From the human T2T-CHM13v2.0 reference genome, Homo sapiens, in assembly GCF_009914755.1 (NCBI RefSeq), contig NC_060947.1: DNA of 64,000 nt. One strand, given 5' to 3'. Below the pieces are notes generated by a model. That model searched no databases. It had not been told where the DNA came from and saw nothing but the letters and a program-made list of their open reading frames with translations. Numbering within the stretch: position 1 is the first letter of the stretch; each line of letters starts with the position of its first letter. Position numbers and translations under genes: made by a program. Positions 48,680 through 64,000 of this stretch are shown in pieces.

Positions 48680-48850
48680 TTAATGACTGGATGTCTACCG
48701 TGTGCCAGGTATTCTAAGTGCTGGGATTAAAGAAGTAAACAAATAAAAGAAAATCCCTGCCCTCAAATAGTCAGAGAGGTGAAATAGATGGTATATCAGA
48801 TTGTGGTAAGTTCAATGAAGGAAAAAAAATGATAGGAAGGTAAATAGTGG
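48680..48850 (-). mobile_element. L2 fragment
   Basis: tctaccgtgtgccaggtattctaagtgctggg...ccctgccctca. Confidence 0.6.
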
Positions 48851-49189
48851 GATCCCATTCCCAGTTCAGTACCATGCACATGAGAATCTTGGTATATTTC
48901 TTTCTTTTTCTTTCCGCCCCCCGCTCCCCCGCAGTTGCAGGGGTCAAGGGCTGGTGGTGTGCATGCATGACAGCTGTGGGTGCATGTACAGTAGTGATGG
49001 CCAGTGGTGGAAGTCAGGGTCACCTCATATGGCTGTGGGGGTTGAGGCTTATGGCATGCACACCTGTGACAATGAAAACTAGTGATGATAGACATTGAAG
49101 TCAGTTGCATGTGTACACACAGCTGCAGGGTCAGCCATGGGTGTGCAGAAGTGGGTGCCGTCTTTGTGTATTTCTGAGGGGAAAAAGAA

Positions 49190-49410
49190 AAGCAGAGCCT
49201 TTGCAGTCACAGACCTGGGTTTAAATTCCAGTTCTGAAGGCAGGCAAGTTACTTAACCTCAGTTAGGTCCAGAGTCTCTGCATCTGTAAAATGGGGATAA
49301 TGATTCAATCTGTTTCATATTGCTATGAGTGTTACATGAAAAAATGTACAGAAAGCGCTTAGCACAGTGCCTGGCATATAGAAAGGGCTCAGTAAATGTG
49401 AACTGTTACC
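49190..49410 (+). mobile_element. MIR
   Basis: catctgtaaaatggggataa...gcttagcacagtgcctggca. Confidence 0.8.
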
Positions 49411-49836
49411 ACTACTCTTATTATGTTACATCCTGGCTTTCTTAGCATCACTGACCCTGCTTCTTGTTACTTTAGCTTCAGTCTGGGTCCTACTGTCAAT
49501 GGCCAGCTCGCCTAGAAGTCCAGCAGGGATCCACTGACTTTGTCACCTTGAACCTAACCCTTTCATAACCTGCCCAAGGGATCAAGCATCTCTAGTATCT
49601 ATGCCTGCCCTGGATATGCTGGAACTTAGTATGCCCATGGGACAGTGTCCCTGGTACAGAGTAGGAACATGAATGTTGATACTTTCTCCTCCAACGTTGC
49701 CCAGAGAGTAGTACAGATGCAGTAAATACCAACAGGCACACTTCCAAGTATGCCACTTTTTGTTTTACTTAAAATTCAATAATTTTTAGAAGGCACACAG
49801 ATTAAGTAGAATAACACAGTTCTATTTCTCCAGAAC

Positions 49837-50131
49837 TTTTTTTTTTTTTTTGGAGAGACAGGATCTTGCTCTGTTGCCCAGATATAAGTGGCACAATCAC
49901 GGATCACTACAACCTCAACCTCCCAGGCTCAAGTGATCCTCCTGCCTCAGCCTCCCGAGTGGCTGGGACTACAGGCATGGGCTATCACACCCAGCTAATT
50001 TTTGTACTTTTTGTTGAGATGGGGTTTTCTCATGTTGCCCAGGCTGATCTCTAATTCCTGGGCTCAAGTCATCCACCTTCCTCAGCCTCCCAAAGTACTG
50101 GGATTACAGGCATGAGCCACCATGCCCAGCC
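49837..50131 (-). mobile_element. AluJ
   Basis: Antisense Alu; TSD ccagaact. Confidence 0.9.
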
Positions 50132-50161
50132 AGAACTCTTTATCTTTAGCAAGAGAATGTC

Positions 50162-50183
50162 TGTGTGTGTGTGTGTGTGTTTA

Positions 50184-50214
<31 letters not shown>

Positions 50215-50227
50215 TTGTGGTGTGTGT
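50162..50227. repeat. Interrupted (TG)n microsatellite
   Basis: Two TG runs plus degenerate tail. Confidence 0.92.
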
Positions 50228-50321
50228 CTAGCTATGAAGACTATTTCTCTTGTGAAACTGTCTCAATTAAGTACTTAAAAGTATCAGTAATCCCTTCCTT
50301 TGAGAAGTAATGTATCTTTAG

Positions 50322-50525
<204 letters not shown>

Positions 50526-50588
50526 TAAAGAAAAAAACCCCTATTTTTCAAGCCAGTTCTTACAGCAAAAATGTTCTTTGTGTTCTAG

Positions 50589-50720
<132 letters not shown>

Positions 50721-51113
50721 TAAAATATATACAGTATTTATATGTCTTTATGTATTTGTAACCTGTTTATAAATACATAAATGTAAAATATTTAAAGTAG
50801 TCTTCCTTTAATGTAAAGGTAAAATAAAATAACTAACATTAACTGTCCTAAATAACAAGTTTATATGCTGTTAACAAGTCTATATGATGATAAAGCTTAA
50901 ACATTTCCACAAGGTGCATATGACCTTAGTGTTTTCCTTTTGGATTTGAATACTCTTTGCACTGAGAGTCAGAGTATTCAAAGGGCATATGAATTGGGAT
51001 TTATTGCCACCAACTGGGTAAGAGAGACACAGTTAACCCATAAAGGAATATCCCAGTACTAGTAATTGCCAAATGGTTTTAGAAAGCCTGTCGGCATAGT
51101 ACCAGAGTTTTAA

Positions 51114-51257
<144 letters not shown>

Positions 51258-51331
51258 TAAGTTTAGCATTCCAGGGAAACATGCAACAGGAGAATTATTA
51301 AGCTTTTTTACCTTGTTAAAACCACTTGTGA

Positions 51332-51671
<340 letters not shown>

Positions 51672-52255
51672 TCAAGGAACCTGCATGTTTGGTTAAATGC
51701 AGTGTTTTGGTTAATTGAATAGGTTTTAACTTTCCTCTTTGAAATTCCAAAATGTATGAGAGCTCACTTTTTGGCTTTAGTGAACCTGTATTGATCATAA
51801 ACTAAAATATAGCTGATGATGGATAATGTAGTGAGCATTTTCCAGTAGTGTCAGTGAAAAAGCTTGATGATAATTAGTTCAGTTTGATGAACCTAGCCAT
51901 CCCTTGGAAAAAGTGCATCTCTTTCAGTTGAATTGAAGGAATGGCATGAGCACACTGGCCCAGGAGCCAGACTGTTGGGGCTCAAATCTTATTTCTACCA
52001 CTTACTAGCTGGATGACCATGGCTCAGTCACTTAACCTGTTTGAGCTCTCCATTTTCTCATCTCTAGCACTAATTCCTCACAGGATGTCATATGGGAAAT
52101 GTTTTTGGAACAAATAGCAGAGGAATAAGACATTTGTTTAGCCTTTTGTAGTTTTCAGAGCACTTTCCAAAAGAGGAGAAAACTGAGTCCTATATGACAG
52201 CCTGGTCCTTGGGAAAAAAAAAGAAAAAGAAAAAGAAAACAGAGTCCTAAAATGA

Positions 52256-52663
<408 letters not shown>

Positions 52664-52971
52664 TAACAGCTCTGGCACAGGTTCCTTAGCAACTTCTGCC
52701 CTCCCTAAGTTTCTGGGCTTAGTTATGTCTTCGCTGCTGGCCACATATGTGGAAGTCCTTACAGAAACACAAACTTACAGTAAGTTTACTCAGAGGGGAT
52801 AATCTGAATTTGGAAAGGAGAATAGGATGTCTTGGCATTTTCTCGTTTGTGAAAGAAAGAAATCTGCTCATCTTGCTTTTACTGTTGTTGTCATTATTGT
52901 TGTGTTTTTGTGTTGTTTTTCTTTTTTTTTTGGTCTTTTTAGTGTCTAAGACAGTTCTCTTATATTTGCAG

Positions 52972-53041
52972 TAAATCTTTGAGACCAGAAAAGATTCCTA
53001 ATCATGTATTTGAGATAGATGAAGACTGTGAGAAAGATGAG
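52972..53041 (+). CDS. DOCK11: DOCK11 coding exon 5 ((C)[23 protein letters not shown])
   Basis: Acceptor ttctcttatatttgcag|T completes TG+T=Cys; 70 nt; donor GAG|GTAAGA. Confidence 0.95.
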
Positions 53042-53669
53042 GTAAGAATGGGGGCAACAGTTGGGGTAACTGTGCTAGTTTCCTCACGGTCACTTTGCTG
53101 AAAAAGATTTCAAAGGGAATTTCTTGAGAAAATATGAAGGAAATAATTATTCTGGAATGATCTGTGGCCAGCTTTCAAACCGGGTGCTTTTCAATTTTTT
53201 TTTTAATTACTGTATTTCCAAGTAGGGTTTAGGAAAAAAAATCAAGTGAGAGGGGCTATGATTTGTACATAAACATGTTCCCCCACCTGTGGGACATGCT
53301 TGTGGAGTTGCTTTTCTTGAGTTGGGCATGTGGTGTGGTGATTCATCTGGACTCTCCTGCCTGATAGATTCCTCTTGGGACAGATGGCCCGGATGTCTGT
53401 GACATTTCGAGGTGCAGTTCGACTGTTTACATAATGCAGAAGATTTCCCAGAAGAGAGCCCATACCATTCAGTAAATACTGAGTGCCTACTGTGTGCATA
53501 GCACAGAGCCTTTCATTCTACAGTCAACTATTTTAAATCCTCACGGGGAAGAGGGGACTTTATGTTTTAATTAGGAAATGGGCAGGGCCTCATTCTGTGC
53601 CCCTAAATGTTTCGCTAATTAGATGGCAGGCTGGCTGTTGTTTTACTGATAATTTTTGTTCTATTTCAG

Positions 53670-53765
53670 GACTCATCTTCTTTATGTTCTCAGAAGGGTG
53701 GTGTGATAAAACAAGGCTGGTTGCATAAAGCAAATGTAAATAGTACCATCACAGTAACCATGAAG
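53670..53765 (+). CDS. DOCK11: DOCK11 coding exon 6 ([32 protein letters not shown]), start of PH domain
   Basis: Acceptor tttttgttctatttcag|GAC; 96 nt; donor AAG|GTAGGA; KQGWLHK is a typical PH beta-1 strand. Confidence 0.96.
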
Positions 53766-53859
53766 GTAGGAAGTAGTTATTATATTATTCCATCATTTTA
53801 ATGATATTGGCATAAGTAGTCTATCTGGAAACAATATTTATTTTACAAAGAGCCCTAGC

Positions 53860-53860
<1 letters not shown>

Positions 53861-53891
<31 letters not shown>
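53861..53891 (+). repeat. A31 homopolymer
   Basis: Pure A run with no adjacent Alu body. Confidence 0.95.
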
Positions 53892-53893
<2 letters not shown>

Positions 53894-54366
53894 AGAGGAT
53901 TCTCACAGACGTATGGAATTTAAAAAATCTAAAACATCAGGATAAATTTAGAAGTGCAACTTTTTAAAGACATATAATGTAATGATTATCTGGTGAATCA
54001 GGATGTTTAAAAAGGAGGCTGTCAGTTGAAGGAGGAAAATAGCTTTGAAAAATGGGCATCAAAGTTTCATATGTAGAAATGACCTTAATGAGTGGAAGGA
54101 CAAGTAATCCATTTCTTTAGCAAATATTAATTAGGTACTTATTACATATTAGTCACTGTGGGGAAATATGTAGATATCTAAGATGTGGTCCTTGGTCTCA
54201 GCCTCTAGACTAGACAAGAAATATACTATTTTAACTAGTATACAAAGCAGTCCTTTAGTGCAGTGAGAACAGTCTAACTAGAAAGTTTTGTAGTTTGACA
54301 GGATAGTGAGTTTGCATAAGGGGTTTAAGTGAGCTAAAAGTTGAAACGTTGAAAAGGATAAAATTG

Positions 54367-54658
54367 GGCTGGGTGCAGTAGCTCACACCTGTAGTCCCTC
54401 CTTCTTTGGGAGGCCGAGGTGGGTGGATTGCTTGAGGGCAGGAGTTCGAGACCAGCCTGTGCAACATGATGAAACCCCATCTCTACAAAAACTACAAAAA
54501 TTAGCCTGGCGTGATAGCACACACCTGTAGTCCCAGCTACTCAGGAGACTGAGGTGGGAGAATCCCTTGATCCCAGGAGATGGAGGTTGCAGTGAGCCAA
54601 GATGGCACTACTGCATTCCAGCCTGGGCAACAGAGGGAGAGTGTATCTCAAAAATAAA
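54367..54658 (+). mobile_element. Alu (J/S-type)
   Basis: TSD aaaaggataaaattg. Confidence 0.9.
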
Positions 54659-55139
54659 TAGATAATTTTTTTTTTTTTTACAAAAAAGGATAAAATTGTG
54701 CAGAGCCTTGAACACCTTGGACATGAGGTTCACTTATTTGGGAGGCTGTAAAGAGCCATTAAAATCCAAAGGGAAAACAAGCTACATGAGGATTCTGAGC
54801 AGAAAAACAAATTATGCTCTGATACCAAATATAACTGTTCTTTCAGATATTCAATATAAAATCATGTGGTTTTCTGAGGATGATTCACACTTGCATTAAG
54901 TATTGAAGGTCATTCTATCTTTCACACAGGCTGCAAGTAGAAACCGTGGGTATCTACCAAGGGAAGACTCAAATTTTATCTTAATTTAATATTTTGCCTG
55001 CTGCCTTCCCTTTGGTGATCATGTCCTGTTCTCACTTTCATTTTCAAGCCCTGAAAATAATGAATCCAAGTTGTAGGATACTTCCTGTATATCGCTTGCA
55101 CCTAAGCATGGGCATCAGCAAGTGGTGATAATAAGAGAA

Positions 55140-55390
55140 ACCATTTATTAAGGACTTAATACGTACCAGACACCATACTGGGTGTTTTATATTCTGTATC
55201 TTGTTTAATTCTCATGGCTGCCCTATGCAATAGGTACTGCTAACTATTCTTAGTTTATAGATTTGGAAAGTGAAGCTCAGAGAAATTCAATAATTAACCC
55301 AAGGTCCCACAGCTCCAAGTTTTCAGAGGTAGGATTTGAACCTAGGCAGGCTGATGTCAGAGCCTATGCTCTTAACCAGTATACTATCAG
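55140..55390 (-). mobile_element. MIR
   Basis: gaaagtgaagctcagaga...cccaaggtcccacagct...ggatttgaacctaggcag. Confidence 0.8.
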
Positions 55391-55497
55391 TGCTCACTAG
55401 CTGAATGAGACTCAAGGGTTTATTAACAATATATTTCGTGCCAGAGTTATCAGGTTCAGAAATGTACGTGAAGGTTACATTTCTGTGTGGATTATCA

Positions 55498-55755
<258 letters not shown>

Positions 55756-55993
55756 TTAAGCCTTAGCCTCACATTAAGTAAATGTGCAAAAATCTGGATT
55801 CATAAAATAAGATGTTAGGAAATTAATATCTTTACAGAATAATTCGCCACAGATTCCTTTAGTTTAATACCTTTCAACTTTAATTTGCCTTACAAACAAC
55901 TTCTAATTTTGTAGGAGTCCATATATTATAAGCCAAAAAGCACATGCTTTACATTTTCTCTCATAATTTGTGAAATACACATTGATTGATTGA

Positions 55994-56516
55994 TGTGATA
56001 GGAGGAATTGATGGCCTCTCAAAGATGTCCATGTCTTAATCCCTGGAACCAGTCAATGGTCCCCTACATGGCAAAGAGGAATTAAAATTACTAATCGGCA
56101 GGAGGGACGGTATCCACAATTATGCGGGTGGGCCCAGTGCAATTTCAAGAACCCCATAAGTGGAAGAGGGAGGCAGAAAAGGACAGTCAGGGAAAGAGAT
56201 GTAAGGATAGTCAGGGAAAGAGATGTGAGAACAGAAGGAGGGCCAGAGAGAGATGCTGTCTTGCTGGCTTTGAGGGTACAGAAAAGACTCACAGGCCGAG
56301 AAATGCAGGCAGCTTCTAGAAGCCGGAAAAGGTAAGAAAATGGATTCTCCCATGCAGCATCCAGAAAGGAACATAGCCCTGCTGACACCTTGAATTTAGC
56401 CCAGTGAGACCCATGTCAGACTTCTAACCTGCGAAACTATAAGATAATAAATTTGTGCTATTTTAAGCCATCAAATTTGTGGTAATTTATTACAACAGCA
56501 ATAGGAAACTAATACA
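55994..56516 (+). mobile_element. MLT1 (C/D-like) solo LTR
   Basis: tgtgatagg...aaagatgtccatgtcttaatccctggaacc start; agcaataggaaactaataca end; internal ~24-nt tandem duplication at 56180-56227. Confidence 0.82.
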
Positions 56517-56763
56517 ATTAGTTAGGCAAAGGTTGATTGTTCAGCTTGTGTGTTTCTTATCCCTGAGCTTGGAAACTCTAGCACTAACAGTGACCAGGCG
56601 GGAGCCATAAATTCATAGAGTGTGTGATGGGTCCGAGGCAACCTGGTGACCACATAGCCCACAGCTGAAGGGGACAGCTGCCACTTGTCTCCAGCTAATT
56701 GTTGTTTTGCTGCAGCTGAGCTAGGCTCTTTGCTTTGCCTCTTTTTATCCTCAGCTGCTCATA

Positions 56764-56766
<3 letters not shown>

Positions 56767-56802
<36 letters not shown>
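56767..56802. repeat. (TG)18 microsatellite
   Basis: Pure TG run. Confidence 0.95.
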
Positions 56803-56803
<1 letters not shown>

Positions 56804-56819
56804 TCATTAACATATAAAA

Positions 56820-57115
<296 letters not shown>

Positions 57116-57132
57116 TATTTCTTTCTTTTTAA

Positions 57133-57593
<461 letters not shown>

Positions 57594-57773
57594 TGAGGTT
57601 TGGGAGCTGTTTCTGGTTATGAGTTTCCTTTATCCCCACTCTTTTCCATTATAAATTATGAATCTCCATTTTGAATTTCAAACTCTTCTGATTTCATCTC
57701 CTGAGCCATAGCAGTAGTGTTGTATTTCAGAATTTGTCACAGCTAGAATGGGAATCAGAGGAAGGTTCAGCTA

Positions 57774-58120
<347 letters not shown>

Positions 58121-59088
58121 AGTGTTTTAACTGTTATTTAGTTCAACATTATTGAAATTAGTTGGAACTGCAGTGTTGACACATCATTTTTTCATGTTCT
58201 CTTTCTGTATCAATACAGGGCAAGTGAGTGTATGGGGCAGAGGATTGAAAAGGGGGAGCAGTTTTATAGTTTCCAGGCTAGAACTTGAAGTGAAGGCCAA
58301 AGCACAAGTCCAGGCCTATGAACAAAGGCACACTGGGAGAGTCTGGTTTGTACCTTTCAGTGCTCTGTTACAGGGTGGGGGATCATATAAGTTCTTCCTG
58401 CATCACGTCTGGATTGTTTCAGGCATAGGAGGCTAAAGCTAAAGATGAGGTGAGCAGCTGACCCAGCTCTTGGATAATTGGAAAAGGCAGAGGCAGAAGA
58501 ACTGAGACAAAGGGTTGACAGAGTTTGAGAGGAAAGTTTCTATGTATTTTTTTTCTACTATGGTAATGTTTGAAGTGAAGAATACTAATGAAGCTCATAA
58601 GCAAATGGGAAGATGACTCAGGTGTGCTATTATCTGAGTCATTTCCCCAATCCTGGAGGCAGGTTTATCCTTAGAGCATCTGGAGTTCCCTGCCCGCTAG
58701 GAACTCCAGCCCACACTGGTAAGAAGCATTGGTAGATTTAGCAACCAGCACCTCAGGGCCAGAGCTTGCAGAGTTGAGAGCAAAGAATCTTTTCTTTTTG
58801 GAAAATCCAAGCTTCGATAGCCCCTGCAAACTCATGGCAAACTAACTAGGAAGCAAGAGCAGATCTGGTTATTAACCATGACTCAGTGGCAAATAACAGC
58901 CTCCATAAGCCAAGCTTCTTCCCTGTGTTTTAGCTGAGCTTATTTGATGCCCTGTGGCTTGACACTGGCCTGCAGTTCCCTCTGGAATTGCTAGGGAATA
59001 AAAGCAAGGCATCTTGGTGCCTTTTAGAGAGAGGTGTACGTTTAAGCGTCTTTATTCATTAAGAAATTTCTAAATTTTAAAAATTATG

Positions 59089-59381
59089 TGCTGGGCATAG
59101 TGGCTCATGCCTGTAATCTTAGCACTTTGGGAGGCCAAGGCAGGAAGATGGCTTGAGTTTGGGAGTTCGAAACTAGCCTGGGCAACATAGCGAGCCCTGT
59201 CTCTTCAAAAAATAAAAAAATTAGCTGGGCATGGTGACGCATGCCTGTATTTGCAGCTACTTGAGAAGCTGAGGTGGGAGGATCGCTTGAGCCTGGGAGG
59301 TCAAAGCTACAGTGAGCTGTGATTGCATGACTGTACTCCAGTCTGACTGACAGAGCAATACTCGATCTCTTAAAAAAAAAA
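59089..59381 (+). mobile_element. AluJ
   Basis: Diverged dimeric Alu. Confidence 0.88.
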
Positions 59382-59492
59382 TTACAGTCAGTTCTTTGGA
59401 AAGTTTGAAATTATGCGCAACTTTAAACTGATCTTAGAAATAGGTCTGAGTTGTTTTGCTGGACATTTTGACTGTTAGAAATAAAGGAATCT

Positions 59493-59725
59493 GCCCAGGC
59501 GTTCATGACCAGCCTGAGCAACATGACGAAACCTCGCCTCTACAAAAAATACAAAGGTAGTTAGCTAGGCGTGGTGGTGCACTCCTATAGTCCCAGCTAC
59601 TCTGGAGGCTTAAGTGGGAGGATCACCTGAGTTTAAGAGGTGGAGGTTGCAGTGAGCCAAGATTGTGCCACTGCACTCCAGCCTGGGTGACAGAGCGACA
59701 CTCTGTCTCAAAAAAAAAAAAAAAA
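59493..59725 (+). mobile_element. 5'-truncated Alu
   Basis: Starts mid left arm; A tail. Confidence 0.85.
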
Positions 59726-60405
59726 GGGAGGGAGGGAGGACTCTAATAGCAAGGAAGGGAGGAATCACATCGTGAGAGAAAGTGCAAAAATAAAACGAAG
59801 GAAAGAGTATTAGAAGAGACTCAGCAAAGTGCAGTTGATAAAAGGGAATTAGAAGATTCCAACTTTATAAGATCTTTTGAGAAAGCAACCACATGGCCTT
59901 TAATGCAATCTAAATAATATAGCCAAACTAATTTGTATATGGGTTGCTGTAGACAGTTTAACCTTCCTAGCTAGCTTGCCAGCAAGTTTTGCAAGAACAT
60001 TCAAGTCGACAGTTCTTGCAATGACTTGCAGTGCATTCAAGTCGATGGGCTGTAGGGAAAAGAGGGGCTAGTAGAGGAACTAGGCTGAGTTCTTCGTATT
60101 GGAAGATTATAAGACCACATATTTATAGGATAAAAATTTATATTTTCCCCAATATATAGCTTTCCCCCTGCTCTGGTCAGTTGTTAAGATATAATCTGTA
60201 CCACCTTCTGAAATGGGCATATTTTCCCAGAAGTGCTTGCTGAGTATAACCTCATTGTTGGCTGAGAAACTTGCCCTGAGGAGCCTGGACTACAGGAAAG
60301 CTGCGAATAATGTGCATCACTCCACGAGTCACAGTGCTCTGTGCCCAAGCACTTCCTCTCACTGAAGAGGATGCATCATGCAGTTCTTGCAGAAGCTCTG
60401 TTGTA

Positions 60406-60588
60406 CTGGGTGTGGTGGCATGTGCCTGTAATCCCAGCAACTTAAGAGGCTGAGTCAGGAGGATCGCTTGAGCCCAGGAGTTTGAAGCTGCAGTGAGCTA
60501 TGATTGTGCCACTGCACTCCAGCCTGAGCACAAAGCGAGACCTCATCCCCTTTTTTTTTTCAAAAAGAAAACCCCAAAAAACAAAAAA
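60406..60588 (+). mobile_element. Alu monomer (FRAM-like)
   Basis: Single monomer; flanking gctctgttg duplication. Confidence 0.8.
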
Positions 60589-61680
60589 CCAACGCTCTGT
60601 TGGTTGTTTGGGTGCAGTGAACATTTAGCACTTGTAATTTGCTTTGTTCTTGGTATTCAAGTTAAAACAGGACAAGCCTTATCATAGTGATTAATTTCGT
60701 CAATTTGTGGTTTCTAGTTAATGAGGAGGTACCTTGCTGCCACTCTTCAATTCCTGGAAAAGTATTAGAGAGAAGTTTTAAGATGTCATAGAGAATACAT
60801 GATCCTTTAGACAGAAACCACAATCCTAACAGACCCCTATTCATTTACATTCTCTCTTTCCCAAGTAGCTGCTAGAGACATCTGCTTTATTCAACTTCTT
60901 TTCATATCAATGAAGGAATTTAATGTGGGTTTAGATAGCTGTGATATTGGACATAGCCTTCCCCTGGTATTTAGAACTATTTCTCCTAAGAGATATAATG
61001 ATATATGGAGGAATTTAATCTTCAGGGTGGTTTTTCATTTTTTAAAAAATTGCTGCAGATTCTTGGCCAACTCCTGGGACACCCACCTTTATGCATCTTT
61101 TTGGCTCAATTTGGTCACATTCCTCTAGCTCTCTCCTCCCCATTCTCAGCAATTAAACGCTGAAGTGCCTTGATATGATATCGGGGTTGCAAGTTCAACT
61201 GGTTGATGTATGACTCACTTCTAGTGCCCTTTAAAATTTTTTTGGCACAAAAAGAGCCATTTGTTATATATCCAGAGTCCAAAAGTCCTTAAATCCTTAA
61301 CTCTTCCAGGAGGGATTTTTCCTCCTCTGCAGTGGGAGAACATCAAATCAAATGAGGATTTGACCTAAGAAAGCACATACAATATTAAAATAATTGCTAG
61401 GAGGTCAAGGTCACTATGTGTGTTAGAACAAAAGGAAGAGAAAATATTTTATTTTTGATATCTTAGTCCAATTGTATTCTCAAATCTACCAGACTATCTC
61501 TTACAGCTAACAAATGGATTGCATTCATTTATTATGCATAAGATTTTTTCATTAATTTGTTTTTTATGTTTTGTTTTCTCTCATTCATATTACTTCTCAA
61601 AAACTATTTATTAGGTGCTTCATATGTGTCAGACACTATTGGGTATCAACAAATTCATGACCAAATAGATAATTTCTTAA

Positions 61681-61839
61681 TTTAATTTTTTCAGAGACAA
61701 GGTCTTACTATATTGCCCTGGCTGGAGTGCAGTGGCACAATCATAGCTCATTGCAGCCTCCAACACCTGGGCTGAAGCGATCCTCTTGCCTCAGGCTCCC
61801 AAGTACCTGAGACTACAGGTGCATCCCACCACGCCTGGC
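61681..61839 (-). mobile_element. Alu right monomer
   Basis: TSD accaaatagata. Confidence 0.82.
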
Positions 61840-61921
61840 TACCAAATAGATATTGAATGCCTTGTTAATACAAGGTATTAGCATTGTGGAGGGTAGAGAG
61901 AAGTGTCAGATGTAGAGCTTA

Positions 61922-62323
<402 letters not shown>

Positions 62324-62875
62324 CTAGATCATTGTGGCCTGGGGTCAGAGAAGGCTTCTTGAAGAAGGCGGGGCCTCGAAGGAAGTGAATCAGAAAGGAG
62401 AAAGTGAGTGTGCCAGGCAATATGTATAAGGCAGAATGGTTAGGTGAAGCTCAGTAGTTATGGGAGATGAAGTTGATTTGGTTCTTTGGTATCACCTTGT
62501 GCCTCCATTTCTCTTCTGTAATATGGAGGGCATAACAGTAATGACCACATAAATTGTTACTAGGATTCAATGAAATAATACAAGGAAAGCACTTAACCAG
62601 AGACCATAATGCACAAAGCACCCCACAGATGTTAGCAATTGTTGTTATTTTATATTATTAGGATTGTGGGAGGGCCTTGAATGCAGTATCTGGCATGTGT
62701 GCCTTATGTGAGTAATTGAGAGTCATTGATTATTTGAGCAGTGACATGCTGTGCTGAAATACATCTGATAAAATAATTTGTCTGTAATGAGAAGGGTGGA
62801 TTGTAGACCCCTCCTACTAGACTTGGCTTTAAATCAAATAGTTGAACTCTTCAGTGCCCAGATACGGTAGAATTA

Positions 62876-63376
<501 letters not shown>

Positions 63377-63649
63377 TCACTTTTCTAAGTCCTGTGGTTT
63401 TTTTCCCCATTGTTTCTTTCATTTTTGTGCAGAACAGTTCTAAGACCCAGTATGTCTCTGTCTCTCCTGCTTTCTCCTTTTCCTTGCTGGCTCTTCCATT
63501 GTGTTCTGTCTGAGACATTAGGCAAGTTCCCCTACATCATTTCTACATTGCTCTTGGCCTACCTACTCTGCCTCTAAACCTTTGATGTATCCTTTCTAAG
63601 GGCTTCTGGTTCATGCAATTTAGCAGTAAATAATTACCCCTCTAGGTAA

Positions 63650-64000
<351 letters not shown>

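Overview
Primate genomic DNA, almost certainly human, containing the 5' part of DOCK11 (Zizimin2, an X-linked DOCK-D family Cdc42 GEF) on the + strand. A CpG-island promoter (~2.7-4.4 kb) carries coding exon 1 (ATG at 3596). A 46.7-kb intron 1 follows, then coding exons 2-6 clustered at 50388-53765. All six exons have GT-AG boundaries and splice into a continuous 186-codon frame that ends at the start of the PH domain; I see no exon 7 in the window. The rest is intronic: about 43 Alu elements (many with visible target-site duplications), MIR/L2/L1M/CR1 relics, MaLR LTRs (one THE1-type solo LTR, several MLT1) and microsatellites. Nearly all ORF-track entries are Alu-derived or GC-rich artefacts. 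I found no convincing new multi-gene system. The best leads, all needing transcript data, are a candidate in-frame cryptic or alternative exon within an immune-type motif cluster, an overlapping uATG/GUG start in the 5' leader, an Alu-flanked exon 2-6 block that could form a stop-free circRNA, a sense THE1 LTR with splice donors, and a hairpin-plus-duplication at ~60 kb. Repeat boundaries and subfamilies are by-eye estimates.
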